Source of the DNA: a bacterium
Lineage (GTDB): Bacteria > Zhuqueibacterota > Zhuqueibacteria > Zhuqueibacterales > Zhuqueibacteraceae
Direction: 5' to 3'
Length of the DNA stretch: 50,031 bases
NCBI GenBank assembly: GCA_044869275.1
Contig: JBIOXB010000033.1
Coordinates: forward strand, 1 to 50,031
The stretch's first letter is position 1, and the number at the start of each line of letters is the position of its first letter. Under the pieces are notes generated by a model. The model did not search any database and was not told where the DNA came from. It saw nothing but the letters and a program-made list of their open reading frames with translations. The translations under genes and the position numbers were made by a program. This document shows positions 19,603 to 27,922 of the stretch, piece after piece.

Positions 19603-20168
19603 TGCCAATTCTCCATTTCCAGAATTGGGCTTGCCGCCAGAAGCAAATCGTCAATTCGGCTCAATTTCCGGATGAAGGTTCATAACTGCCGCAAAAATGT
19701 TTCAGAACAGACCTGGGAGCTTATCGGATCAGAGAGCACCGTAAGTATTTGACTAAGAAATATGTTATTCGCCTGAAACGCACCGCGAGTCATGAGCTAA
19801 ATTCAAGTTCGGCAAATAATCCCAAAGAATATTTTCTTCTAGTGTGGCATTTTGAGGAATAAATGCGACTATATAAGTAGTAAAGGGCTAATTTAAGAAA
19901 AAAAATAGGGGGATCTCGCGGAGAGCGGAGGGAAGTAGACAGGACCGCGGCCTGGTTTCGAGCTTGTTGATAACCCTCCCTCTTCCGTTTAGCTCAAACA
20001 TTGACGAGTCTAAATACTCGTGGGGGAAATAGTTTTCGTGCCAACCAGAGGTTTTCCCGGTCACTCTGGTTGGCAATTTTTTTTCCGATAGAGCCGCACG
20101 CCCAAATAGTAGTTGCAGTTGCAACTTGCCTGCCTCTACCCTCGCCCAAAAGATTTTTCTCAGGTGTT

Positions 20169-20193
20169 GGAACTTTTGCCGTCTGCCCGTGTT
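20169..20193 (+). promoter_or_regulatory. Putative ECF-sigma promoter
   Basis: GGAAC-N17-GTT, ending about 8 nt before a structured segment. Confidence 0.45.
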
Positions 20194-20200
20194 ATAGAAT

Positions 20201-20328
20201 TAGGACGCACGAATAAATTATCATCAGGGTAAAACAGTTTCGTGCTCCTAAGGTAAAGCCTTTTATATTGTTTTCCTTCCTCCTCAGAATCCCCGGGTTC
20301 CTTTATGGACTCGGGGATTTTTTGTTTT
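20201..20328 (+). ncRNA. Candidate small regulatory RNA
   Basis: 5' stem TAGGA-C-GCACGAA/TTCGTGC-TCCTA, a C/U-rich linker, then an intrinsic terminator with no upstream sense CDS nearby. Confidence 0.5.
20288..20328 (+). terminator. Rho-independent terminator
   Basis: aatccccgggttc-ctttat-ggactcggggatt, a 13-bp stem with 2 G-U pairs, followed by a T tract. Confidence 0.85.
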
Positions 20329-20421
20329 ATTGCTTTTTAGCCCAAAACCTCTAAATTGCAGTCGCCACCTGAGATTTTTGGGTGTTATTTGATTACCGAA
20401 TTCAATGCAAGGGCGACAAAA

Positions 20422-21618
20422 TTGCAAACACGGTTTCGCAAGTTGTTCCGTGCCGGGTTATGGATGCTGTTGTCGTTGATTGTGCTGGAGGGCTGCCAAA
20501 AAAAAACAGCGGCGCGAAGGGGCGGTTTTGTCTCGCAATGGTCGGTCCAGCCCTCTCTGGTTTATGATTCGTGCCATTTGATCGGCATCCTCACAGGCCG
20601 GCCTCTTTATTCGAAATATTATCCGCAAGTGTATCGCGATTGGTCCTGGAATTTGCCGGTGGAGGTGCGCGGCGCGATGACGCAGATCGATTGGTTGATC
20701 GGTCCGAACTGGCCTCCCGGACCTCGCTTGAGCATGCTGCTGGCAAACTTTGCACCTGCGGATAGCCTGGGCGATATCATACGGATGATGCAAGACGACC
20801 AACCTATGCGCACCCGCCTTATGGCTTCCGATTATGGGAATGAAAAGAATTGGCAGCAATGGCAGGCGCTCAAACCCCATGTCACTTCGGTATTGGGATA
20901 TTTGCGTGCGAATCAATTTGAAGGCTATTGGCGTTCCAAATTCCTCCCCGAGCTGCTCGCCCAAATTCCTGCAGCGAAACAGGAGCTGCAAGCTTATGAC
21001 GTGATTGGCGACGTCGAACGGTTTCTCGGCGACTTTCGCGCGGAGCGCGACACGTTAGAAGTATACCTGGTTTCGCTCGGGCAGCCGCACGAGGTGCGTT
21101 TGCACCGGCAGGCGCGCATCGCGAATGCCCGGCAAGAATTGCGCCCGGTGGTGCGCAATTTCTATCGTGAAATGCTGCATCCTTATTGCGACCTCCTGGT
21201 GGATTCCCTGCTGGCGGAGGAATTTGCGCAACTGCCCGGCGACGATTTCATGCAAGCTTGTTTGCAGAAAGTTGCATTTTACGGCGCGCCGCTCGATTTT
21301 AACTCCTTTTGCAAGAAAGAGCTGGTGCTCGCCGCGGAATTATGGCTCGCGGCGCGACGGCAGCTGCTCGTCTCCCCGCAAAATACCGGTATCGATCATT
21401 CTGCCAATGCGATTCGAAGTTATCTGCGCGAGCAAGACCAGGGGGCACACGGCCTAGCCGCCGTGATTTATTCCTATCTCGAAGCGGGTTTGAAGCCGGA
21501 GCGCATTTCGTATGGCGATTTCGTGAAAGATTTGTTTGCCAGCGGTAAGCTGCGCGCCGGGAAAATTGCAGGGCGCTATCACGATTTCTTGAGCGCGCCG
21601 GGACTGGCGCAACAGTAG
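20422..21618 (+). CDS. Hypothetical lipoprotein
   Basis: Basic n-region, hydrophobic h-region and LEGC lipobox. Long ORF. Start among 20356, 20422 and 20464. Confidence 0.75.
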   Translation: MQTRFRKLFRAGLWMLLSLIVLEGCQKKTAARRGGFVSQWSVQPSLVYDSCHLIGILTGRPLYSKYYPQVYRDWSWNLPVEVRGAMTQIDWLIGPNWPPGPRLSMLLANFAPADSLGDIIRMMQDDQPMRTRLMASDYGNEKNWQQWQALKPHVTSVLGYLRANQFEGYWRSKFLPELLAQIPAAKQELQAYDVIGDVERFLGDFRAERDTLEVYLVSLGQPHEVRLHRQARIANARQELRPVVRNFYREMLHPYCDLLVDSLLAEEFAQLPGDDFMQACLQKVAFYGAPLDFNSFCKKELVLAAELWLAARRQLLVSPQNTGIDHSANAIRSYLREQDQGAHGLAAVIYSYLEAGLKPERISYGDFVKDLFASGKLRAGKIAGRYHDFLSAPGLAQQ

Positions 21619-21735
21619 AACGGCACAAGCAGCAGCCCCAAAATCCCAATTGCCAAGATCTGAAGACTGCATGAAACGTTTCTCGGGGAAATTTCTATGG
21701 GTGTGCGCCAATCCGCCGTGTCTTTTGCAGAGATT

Positions 21736-22491
21736 TCACCCCGGTAAAACCGAGGTGCGCTGCCTCACGACTTCATAACAAACTATTGCCGCCGCCGTCG
21801 CAACATTCAGTGACGCCAATTTCCCTGCCATCGGAATTTTATAAAGGAAATCACAACGTTCCCGCACCAGCCGGTGCAAGCCCTGGCCCTCGCCACCCAG
21901 TACCAGAGCCAGGGGCATTTTCGCATCGAGCTTGTAGATCGGTTCCTGCGCTTTTTCTTCCAAACCCACAATCCAAATTCCCTTTTCCTTTAAGAAGGAA
22001 ATCGTGTTCGCTAAATTCGCCACTTGAGCGATGGCAAGGTGAAACGCCGCGCCCGCAGAGGTTTTGATCGTCGCTGCCGTCACTTCGGCACAGCGGCGCT
22101 TGGTAATCACCACGCCGTCGAAGCCGGCGCCCTCAGCCACGCGCAGAATCGCGCCCAAATTGCGCGGATCTTCCACGCCATCGAGCAGCAGCATCGCCGC
22201 CTTTTCCCCAGGCGGCTTGTGGCGCGCACGGCTCAATATGGTTTCGCCATCGACGTATTCCACGCCTGCCATCAATGCCACCAAGCCCTGGTGTTTGTCG
22301 GTTTTCGCCAGGCGATCCAATTCTGGGCGTGACAAAGTTTGCAGCGGGATTTTTTTTGTCTCGGCTTGTTGCAGCACTTGTGCAACCGGCGCGCCGCTGC
22401 TGCCCTGCGCCAATAAGATTTTGCGCAACGGCAGGCCGGAGGCCAGGGCCTCCAAAATCGGCTGACGACCGAAAATAACTAGATCAGGCAT
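21736..22491 (-). CDS. rlmB: 23S rRNA (guanosine-2251-2'-O) methyltransferase
   Basis: HQG, LDGVEDPRNLGAILR, KTSAGA, GGEG.G, IPM.G and SLNV motifs. Confidence 0.92.
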   Translation of the reverse strand: MPDLVIFGRQPILEALASGLPLRKILLAQGSSGAPVAQVLQQAETKKIPLQTLSRPELDRLAKTDKHQGLVALMAGVEYVDGETILSRARHKPPGEKAAMLLLDGVEDPRNLGAILRVAEGAGFDGVVITKRRCAEVTAATIKTSAGAAFHLAIAQVANLANTISFLKEKGIWIVGLEEKAQEPIYKLDAKMPLALVLGGEGQGLHRLVRERCDFLYKIPMAGKLASLNVATAAAIVCYEVVRQRTSVLPG

Positions 22492-22511
22492 AAGGTATTT
22501 CAAGTTTGCGT

Positions 22512-22558
22512 TTACACGTTACACATTGCACGTGTAACGTGTAACGTGTACCGCGTAA
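22512..22558. repeat. Heptamer-repeat hairpin (GTGTAAC units)
   Basis: ttacacgttacac-7 nt-gtgtaacgtgtaa, a perfect 13-bp stem with further units after it. Confidence 0.8.
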
Positions 22559-22566
22559 GAGTCCAA

Positions 22567-23331
22567 TCAAAGTCCTGTGGGGAAATCTAAAAACTGAAAC
22601 GGCAATTGGAATTTCCGTTGCAGATGCTCGGCGAGTGCAATCACGCCGAAGGTTTCCGTTTCGTAATGTCCACCGTAAAGCACGTTGAGGCCGTGTTCGC
22701 GGGTAAAATGATAAAAGGAATGCTTGGGTTCGCCGGTGATGTAAGCCTCCACTCCAGCCGCCAACACTTCGCCTAACAACGAGGTGCCGCCGCCGGTGAC
22801 AATCGCCACGCGTTGAATCATTTTGGGGCCGAAGAAATCGGCGCGTACGTCGCCGGGCAAAGCCGCGGCCGCGCGTTCGATCAGTTCGGGCTGCCTGAGC
22901 GCTTGCGGGCATTGGGCGACGCAGCCGATACTGCGGCCATCTGCCGCGCCCGAGCGCCCGAAACCGCCAACCACCTTCAATCCCATGCGCCGCGCCAGCA
23001 CGGCATTGTTGCCCACTTCCGGATGCCAATCCAGCGGCAAATGCGCGGCGTACAGATTGATGCCGGCATCGAGCAGCGCTTTCAGCCGGCGATAATGCGT
23101 GCCGGTGATGCGCGAGGCCTTTTTCTCCCAGAATATGCCGTGATGCACGATCAGAAAATCAACCCCGGCTTCTGCCGCTGCGTCGATCACGTCCTGGCAA
23201 GCATCCACCGCCGCGCCGATTTGGCGGATTTCTTTACTGCCCTGCACTTGCAAGCCGTTCCATGAGGCATCGGGAATCTTGTCGATTTCCAGGTAGCGGT
23301 CGAGATATTCGATTAAATCGGGAGTTTTCAT
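22567..23331 (-). CDS. Nif3/DUF34 (YbgI) dinuclear metal protein
   Basis: NGLQV.G, VHHG, HLPLD.HP..GNN, TGE and GHYETE motifs. Confidence 0.93.
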   Translation of the reverse strand: MKTPDLIEYLDRYLEIDKIPDASWNGLQVQGSKEIRQIGAAVDACQDVIDAAAEAGVDFLIVHHGIFWEKKASRITGTHYRRLKALLDAGINLYAAHLPLDWHPEVGNNAVLARRMGLKVVGGFGRSGAADGRSIGCVAQCPQALRQPELIERAAAALPGDVRADFFGPKMIQRVAIVTGGGTSLLGEVLAAGVEAYITGEPKHSFYHFTREHGLNVLYGGHYETETFGVIALAEHLQRKFQLPFQFLDFPTGL

Positions 23332-23554
23332 GCATCAAAATACACAATGCCGCAAAGACAGACAAGGGCAAAGTTTCAACGGTTACAAATTCTGCCCGGC
23401 GAAATGAATGGTGTGGTAAAACTCTCAACCCCTGCGGCAGGAACTCACCCAGAAAAATGTCTTTGTGTCTTGGTGTCTCCGTGGTTAATTTGGGTTGCAA
23501 GTGTGAAACCGATTTTCATTCTACATTTTGGGTTAAAATCGAAGAAAGGCAGCG

Positions 23555-24238
23555 ATGATTTCTGTTGCAGATCAAAAACGAAATGCCGCCGCGGCCGCAG
23601 TGGCATATGTCGAAAATAAAATGATCCTCGGCCTGGGCACGGGCAGCACGGCGGAATTCGCATTGCGGCTGCTGGCGAAAAAGGTTGCCCGCGGCTTGCG
23701 CATTACGGGCGTGCCGAGTTCCCTGGCCACGGCGCAACTGGCGCGGCGCTTGCGCATTCCGCTGATTGCCGATGAAGGCGCATTCAGAAGAATCGATCTC
23801 ACGCTGGATGGCGCGGACGAAGTCGATCCCCAGCTCAATCTGGTCAAAGGCGGCGGCGGCGCATTGGCACGTGAAAAAATTGTGGCGACACGCAGCGATC
23901 GCGTGATCATCATGGTCGATGAAAAAAAACTGGTCAAGCAATTGGGCAAATTCCCGCTGCCGGTGGAAGTGCTAAGCTTCGGCTGGCAGTCGACGGCCGA
24001 AATGTTGCGCCATCTGGGCGCGAGTGTTTTGCTGCGCGCGAAAAACCGCAAGCCGTTTCGCACGGATAACGGCAATTATGTTTTGGATTGCGCGTTTCGC
24101 AAGATTGCGGAGCCAGGGGCCTGCGAACAAAGCTGTAAAATCGCCGGTGTCGTGGAAACGGGGCTCTTCCTCGCCCTTGCCGACCTGGTGATCGTCGGCA
24201 ACAAGGAGGGGAGGGTGGAAGAACGCTGGGCGACTTGA
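23555..24238 (+). CDS. rpiA: Ribose-5-phosphate isomerase A
   Basis: GLGTGST, DGADE, KGGGGAL.REK, LPVEV, TDNGN and GVVE.GLF motifs. Confidence 0.95.
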   Translation: MISVADQKRNAAAAAVAYVENKMILGLGTGSTAEFALRLLAKKVARGLRITGVPSSLATAQLARRLRIPLIADEGAFRRIDLTLDGADEVDPQLNLVKGGGGALAREKIVATRSDRVIIMVDEKKLVKQLGKFPLPVEVLSFGWQSTAEMLRHLGASVLLRAKNRKPFRTDNGNYVLDCAFRKIAEPGACEQSCKIAGVVETGLFLALADLVIVGNKEGRVEERWAT

Positions 24239-24298
24239 ACAAGTCCGGAAGGACCGCCATGATTTGAGTCATGACCTCCTTATTTTCACGACGGCGAC

Positions 24299-24327
24299 TT
24301 GACAAAGTGTAATTCATTTTTTAGATT
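24299..24327 (+). promoter_or_regulatory. Putative sigma70 promoter of the TonB-receptor locus
   Basis: TTGACA-17 nt-TAGATT. Confidence 0.65.
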
Positions 24328-24404
24328 GCGACTCCGAAATAAAATGGGGAAAACAGGCAAGCTGTACTCGACGCAACCTTCATTTCCAAGCTACCCCAGG
24401 AATC

Positions 24405-26543
24405 ATGAAAGCTCAGCGACTTGCCTTTTTCTATCTGGTTTCGTTCTTTGTTCTCAATCGCGCGCTTGCTCAAACCGAGCGTGATCCCCGCTTGCACAAA
24501 CCTTCCGTTGACGACGACACCAAATTCACCACCGCCGGCAGTATCGGCCTCACGGTTACGAACTTCGGCACCATTGGCGACGGCTTTGCCGTTCAAGCGC
24601 CGCAAGACCGGCCTTCGTGCGAATATCCCAAAGGCTCGGGCATCGAGCACATGTTCGTGGGCGGATTGTGGGTGGGCGGCCGCCGCGATGATGGCACCGT
24701 CTTCGTCACCACGGGAGCGAAAGACGTGCCCTCGCTGACCGACGTCGCCGCCGGTTTCGAATTCACTAATTCCGATGATCCCAATGACCTCGTGCGCGAG
24801 CGCTCCAGTAAAATCGAGAGTCCGTTTTACGACCCCGCGGCCATCAGCCATCAAGATTTCGTCGCCGATTTCACCGATTCCAACCTCGTGGTGCCGGGTA
24901 CCACCATCCGCATTCCGCAGCACAATCCCATCAATCTTTCCGTGCACCTTGAGTCTTATGCCTGGGATTTTCCCTTTGCCGACGCGTTTGTGATTTTGAA
25001 TTACACCATCAAGAACACCGGGCGCCGGCGTTTGAACGACGTGTACGTTTCGCTCTGGGCGGACTTGGTCGTGCGCAACACCAAGATCACGCCGCCGCGC
25101 GTGGGCGCGCCGTTCTATCAACACAAAAGCGACGGCTTCGTCGATTCGCTGCGCATGATGTATTCGTTCGATTTCGACGGGGACCCGGGCTTCACCGAGA
25201 ACGGCCTATATGCCGCCATCAAGCATCTGGGCGCAACGCCGCAAGCCAATGATACCACCTACAGAAATCGCGCCACCTTCAATGCCTGGCTCTTTCGCGA
25301 TGCCAGCGATCCGGTTCTGTTTTCTCCGCAGACCGACATCGAATGCTATCAAAAGCAAAGAGAGCCGCTCGATCCGGTGGCCTACAACTCGCGCGTGAAG
25401 GGGCAAAAGGGCAATTTCATCACCATGATCACCACCGGCCCTTTCAAGGCTATCGCGCCTGATGCCTCGCTCAACGTGGTGTTTGCAGTGGTTTGCGCCA
25501 GCAAGGGCGGCAGCGATCCGAATAGCGCCGACACCGAAGCCAATCGCAGCAATTTGAATACAAACGTATATTGGGCGCAAACCGCCTACGACGGCGAGGA
25601 CCGCAACGCCAATGGCCGGCTCGATCCCGGTGAAGACTTGGATCGTGACGGAGAATTGGATCGCTACATTTTGCCCACACCGCCCACGCCGCCGCGCTTC
25701 AAAGTCTTTCCCGAAGACCGCCGGGTGACTTTGTATTGGGACCGCTCCGCGGAGGAATCGGTCGATTTCATCAGCGGCAGGAAAGATTTCGAAGGCTACC
25801 GCGTGTATCGCACGCAGCTTGGTGAAGACTTGCCGGGCAGGGATTTGTTTTCTTCATTTACTTTGATTGCCGAACACGATTCCGTCGATGGCCTCGGTTA
25901 CGACGCCGGTCTCAACGCCGTGCGCTTGGAGCAGCCTGTCACTTTCGGCGAAACCGCGATCAACCCCGTCACCGGCGCCCATGAGACGATTTATTATCAT
26001 TACAAATTTGTGAATGAGAATTTGCTCAACGGCTGGCAGTATGCGTATGCCGTGACCGCGTTCGATCAGGGTGATCCTGCCATTCGCCTGCAAAGTTTGG
26101 AGAGCAGCCGTTTGAGCAACGCCGTGCGGGTGTTTCCCGGCGCGGCAACCCGTGAGGCGCAGTTGCAAGCTGATGCCTCAAAAGATATTTCTGTGGGTGT
26201 GTATCCCAATCCCTATCGCGTGAACGCCACCTGGGACGGCAATCTCGAGCGCGACCGCAAATTCTACTTTTTCAACCTTCCGGCATCTTGTGAAGTGCGC
26301 ATTTATACGCTTGCGGGCGACCTTGTCGATCAGTTCCAACACGACGCCACAACTTATGCTGGCGAGGGCATACAATGGACGGAAAAATTCGCGCAAGGCA
26401 ATCGTGTGTATGCCGGCGGTGAACATGCATGGGATTTGGTGACGCAAGATGATCAGGCACTTGCTTCAGGACTTTATTTTTACACGGTGGAGGATTTTGC
26501 AAGCGGGCAGGTTCAACGCGGAAGGTTTTTGGTGATTAAATGA
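24405..26543 (+). CDS. Secreted protein with FN3-like region and T9SS/FlgD-like C-terminal domain
   Basis: Signal peptide. EYPKGSG...F.GGLWVG, Dx[DN]xDG-like loops, DFEGYRVYR, YAVTAFD and V.PNPY...RIYTLAGDLV...WD...SG.Y motifs. Confidence 0.85.
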   Translation: MKAQRLAFFYLVSFFVLNRALAQTERDPRLHKPSVDDDTKFTTAGSIGLTVTNFGTIGDGFAVQAPQDRPSCEYPKGSGIEHMFVGGLWVGGRRDDGTVFVTTGAKDVPSLTDVAAGFEFTNSDDPNDLVRERSSKIESPFYDPAAISHQDFVADFTDSNLVVPGTTIRIPQHNPINLSVHLESYAWDFPFADAFVILNYTIKNTGRRRLNDVYVSLWADLVVRNTKITPPRVGAPFYQHKSDGFVDSLRMMYSFDFDGDPGFTENGLYAAIKHLGATPQANDTTYRNRATFNAWLFRDASDPVLFSPQTDIECYQKQREPLDPVAYNSRVKGQKGNFITMITTGPFKAIAPDASLNVVFAVVCASKGGSDPNSADTEANRSNLNTNVYWAQTAYDGEDRNANGRLDPGEDLDRDGELDRYILPTPPTPPRFKVFPEDRRVTLYWDRSAEESVDFISGRKDFEGYRVYRTQLGEDLPGRDLFSSFTLIAEHDSVDGLGYDAGLNAVRLEQPVTFGETAINPVTGAHETIYYHYKFVNENLLNGWQYAYAVTAFDQGDPAIRLQSLESSRLSNAVRVFPGAATREAQLQADASKDISVGVYPNPYRVNATWDGNLERDRKFYFFNLPASCEVRIYTLAGDLVDQFQHDATTYAGEGIQWTEKFAQGNRVYAGGEHAWDLVTQDDQALASGLYFYTVEDFASGQVQRGRFLVIK

Positions 26544-26573
26544 AGCAGGACTTGAAAGGGGGCGCGAATTTGA

Positions 26574-27863
26574 TTAATGCCCGAGCAGCCGATGTACTGG
26601 TACACACCAGATTTTATGAGCTGCATCGAGTTGCTCGAGGCGAGAGCCGCGTGTTATCACAATGCCGCCGCACCATTTTGATTTCAGCACGCCGGCCACG
26701 TCGCGCAGAGCGCGGAAATCTTTGGCCACAATCTCTCGGCTGGATTTTACTTCGAACCCCCACATGCCTCGCGAGGTTTGCAGCAATAAGTCCACTTCCA
26801 AGCCGGAGCGGGTGCGATAAAAATAAAGCTCGACCTGTTGGCCCGTGGTGCGCACCCATTTGTAGATTTCGGCAATGACAAAGGTCTCGAAGAGCGCGCC
26901 CGTGGGAGCGCCGCCGTAGCCCTGCAAATGGCGCATGATACCGATATCGAGCCAGTACAATTTAGGTGTTTTAATGGCAGCGCTGGTGAGGTTTTTGCGA
27001 AATGGCGGCAGTGCAAATGTCTGATACGATAGTTTAAGATATTCAAAATATCTTCTGCTGGTGGAAGGCGAAATGCCGGCATCACGGGCCAGCTCCGAAA
27101 AGGAGAGAATTTGTCCGCTGCGCAAGGCGCTCAAGCGTTGAAAATCACGAAATAGGGCAAGATCTTCGAGGCGCGCGAGATCGCTCAAATCGCGCTCCAA
27201 ATAGGTGTGACTGTAAGATTGCAGCCATTGTTGGCGATCGGGCTCGCTGAGAGAGAGCAATGCAGGCATGCCGCCCCACTTCAGCATATAATCCACGGCC
27301 GCCAAAATAGCCTCTTCCTCAGCCGGAAGGTGCTGGGGAGCTAAACTCGACAGAAGCGAGTTGACTTCGGAATCGGCAATGAGTTGCGCCAACAGCAATG
27401 ACGAAGGCGGGCGATTTTCATAAGCTATTTCAGAGAGCATCAAGGGAAATAGTTCATAAAAAAACGCGCGGCCGGCCAGCGTTTCGCGAATGCGTTTGAG
27501 CATTAGAATTTGCGAAGAGCCTAATAACACGGAGAAGTCGAGGCTGCCCTCATCAAAGCTGTATTTTACTTTCTCAAAAACGGTCGGCTCTTTTTGCGCT
27601 TCGTCCAGTATCGCGGCCCCGAATTCTTTTGCCCATGACATGCTACGCACGGCTCGCACAAAATCACGGTTTTCTGGTGCATCAAGATTGACATAGCGTA
27701 ATTCGGGATAAACTGTTCGTGCCAAAGTCGTCTTTCCCGTTTGCCGTGCACCGGTTATGACGACCAAGCGGCGCGAGTCAGATTTTGGCAGACGCCCATG
27801 GAGTTGGCGAAATTTCTGTAAATTTGATTTTAGCATGATTGAATTTACAGGCAAATCCGTCAT
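26574..27863 (-). CDS. AAA_14/DUF4143-type ATP-binding protein
   Basis: GARQTGKTT, LDEAQ, LGSS, ETLAGR, YLERD, K.Y..D.G and YR...G.EVD...EVK motifs. Start 27863 or 27836. Confidence 0.9.
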   Translation of the reverse strand: MTDLPVNSIMLKSNLQKFRQLHGRLPKSDSRRLVVITGARQTGKTTLARTVYPELRYVNLDAPENRDFVRAVRSMSWAKEFGAAILDEAQKEPTVFEKVKYSFDEGSLDFSVLLGSSQILMLKRIRETLAGRAFFYELFPLMLSEIAYENRPPSSLLLAQLIADSEVNSLLSSLAPQHLPAEEEAILAAVDYMLKWGGMPALLSLSEPDRQQWLQSYSHTYLERDLSDLARLEDLALFRDFQRLSALRSGQILSFSELARDAGISPSTSRRYFEYLKLSYQTFALPPFRKNLTSAAIKTPKLYWLDIGIMRHLQGYGGAPTGALFETFVIAEIYKWVRTTGQQVELYFYRTRSGLEVDLLLQTSRGMWGFEVKSSREIVAKDFRALRDVAGVLKSKWCGGIVITRGSRLEQLDAAHKIWCVPVHRLLGH

Positions 27864-27922
27864 GATGCAAGGTTTTTTCTCAGAAATCAACCCATTAACA
27901 TTAACGTGTAAGGGAGATCCTC

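Noticed and set aside
19888..20216. Short ORFs in the 19.6-20.3 kb gap
   Set aside because: No convincing RBS, TTG starts, atypical composition and no motifs.
20190..20287. Minus-strand GAGGAGG followed by a 24-codon hydrophobic frame (type I toxin-like)
   Set aside because: Only an ATA codon is suitably placed as a start. The promoter and terminator polarity favour a plus-strand RNA. Not fully excluded.
23345..23490. caaagaca / ctttgtgtcttggtgtc short repeats between nif3 and rpiA
   Set aside because: Too degenerate to define an element; likely a decayed repeat in a divergent promoter region.
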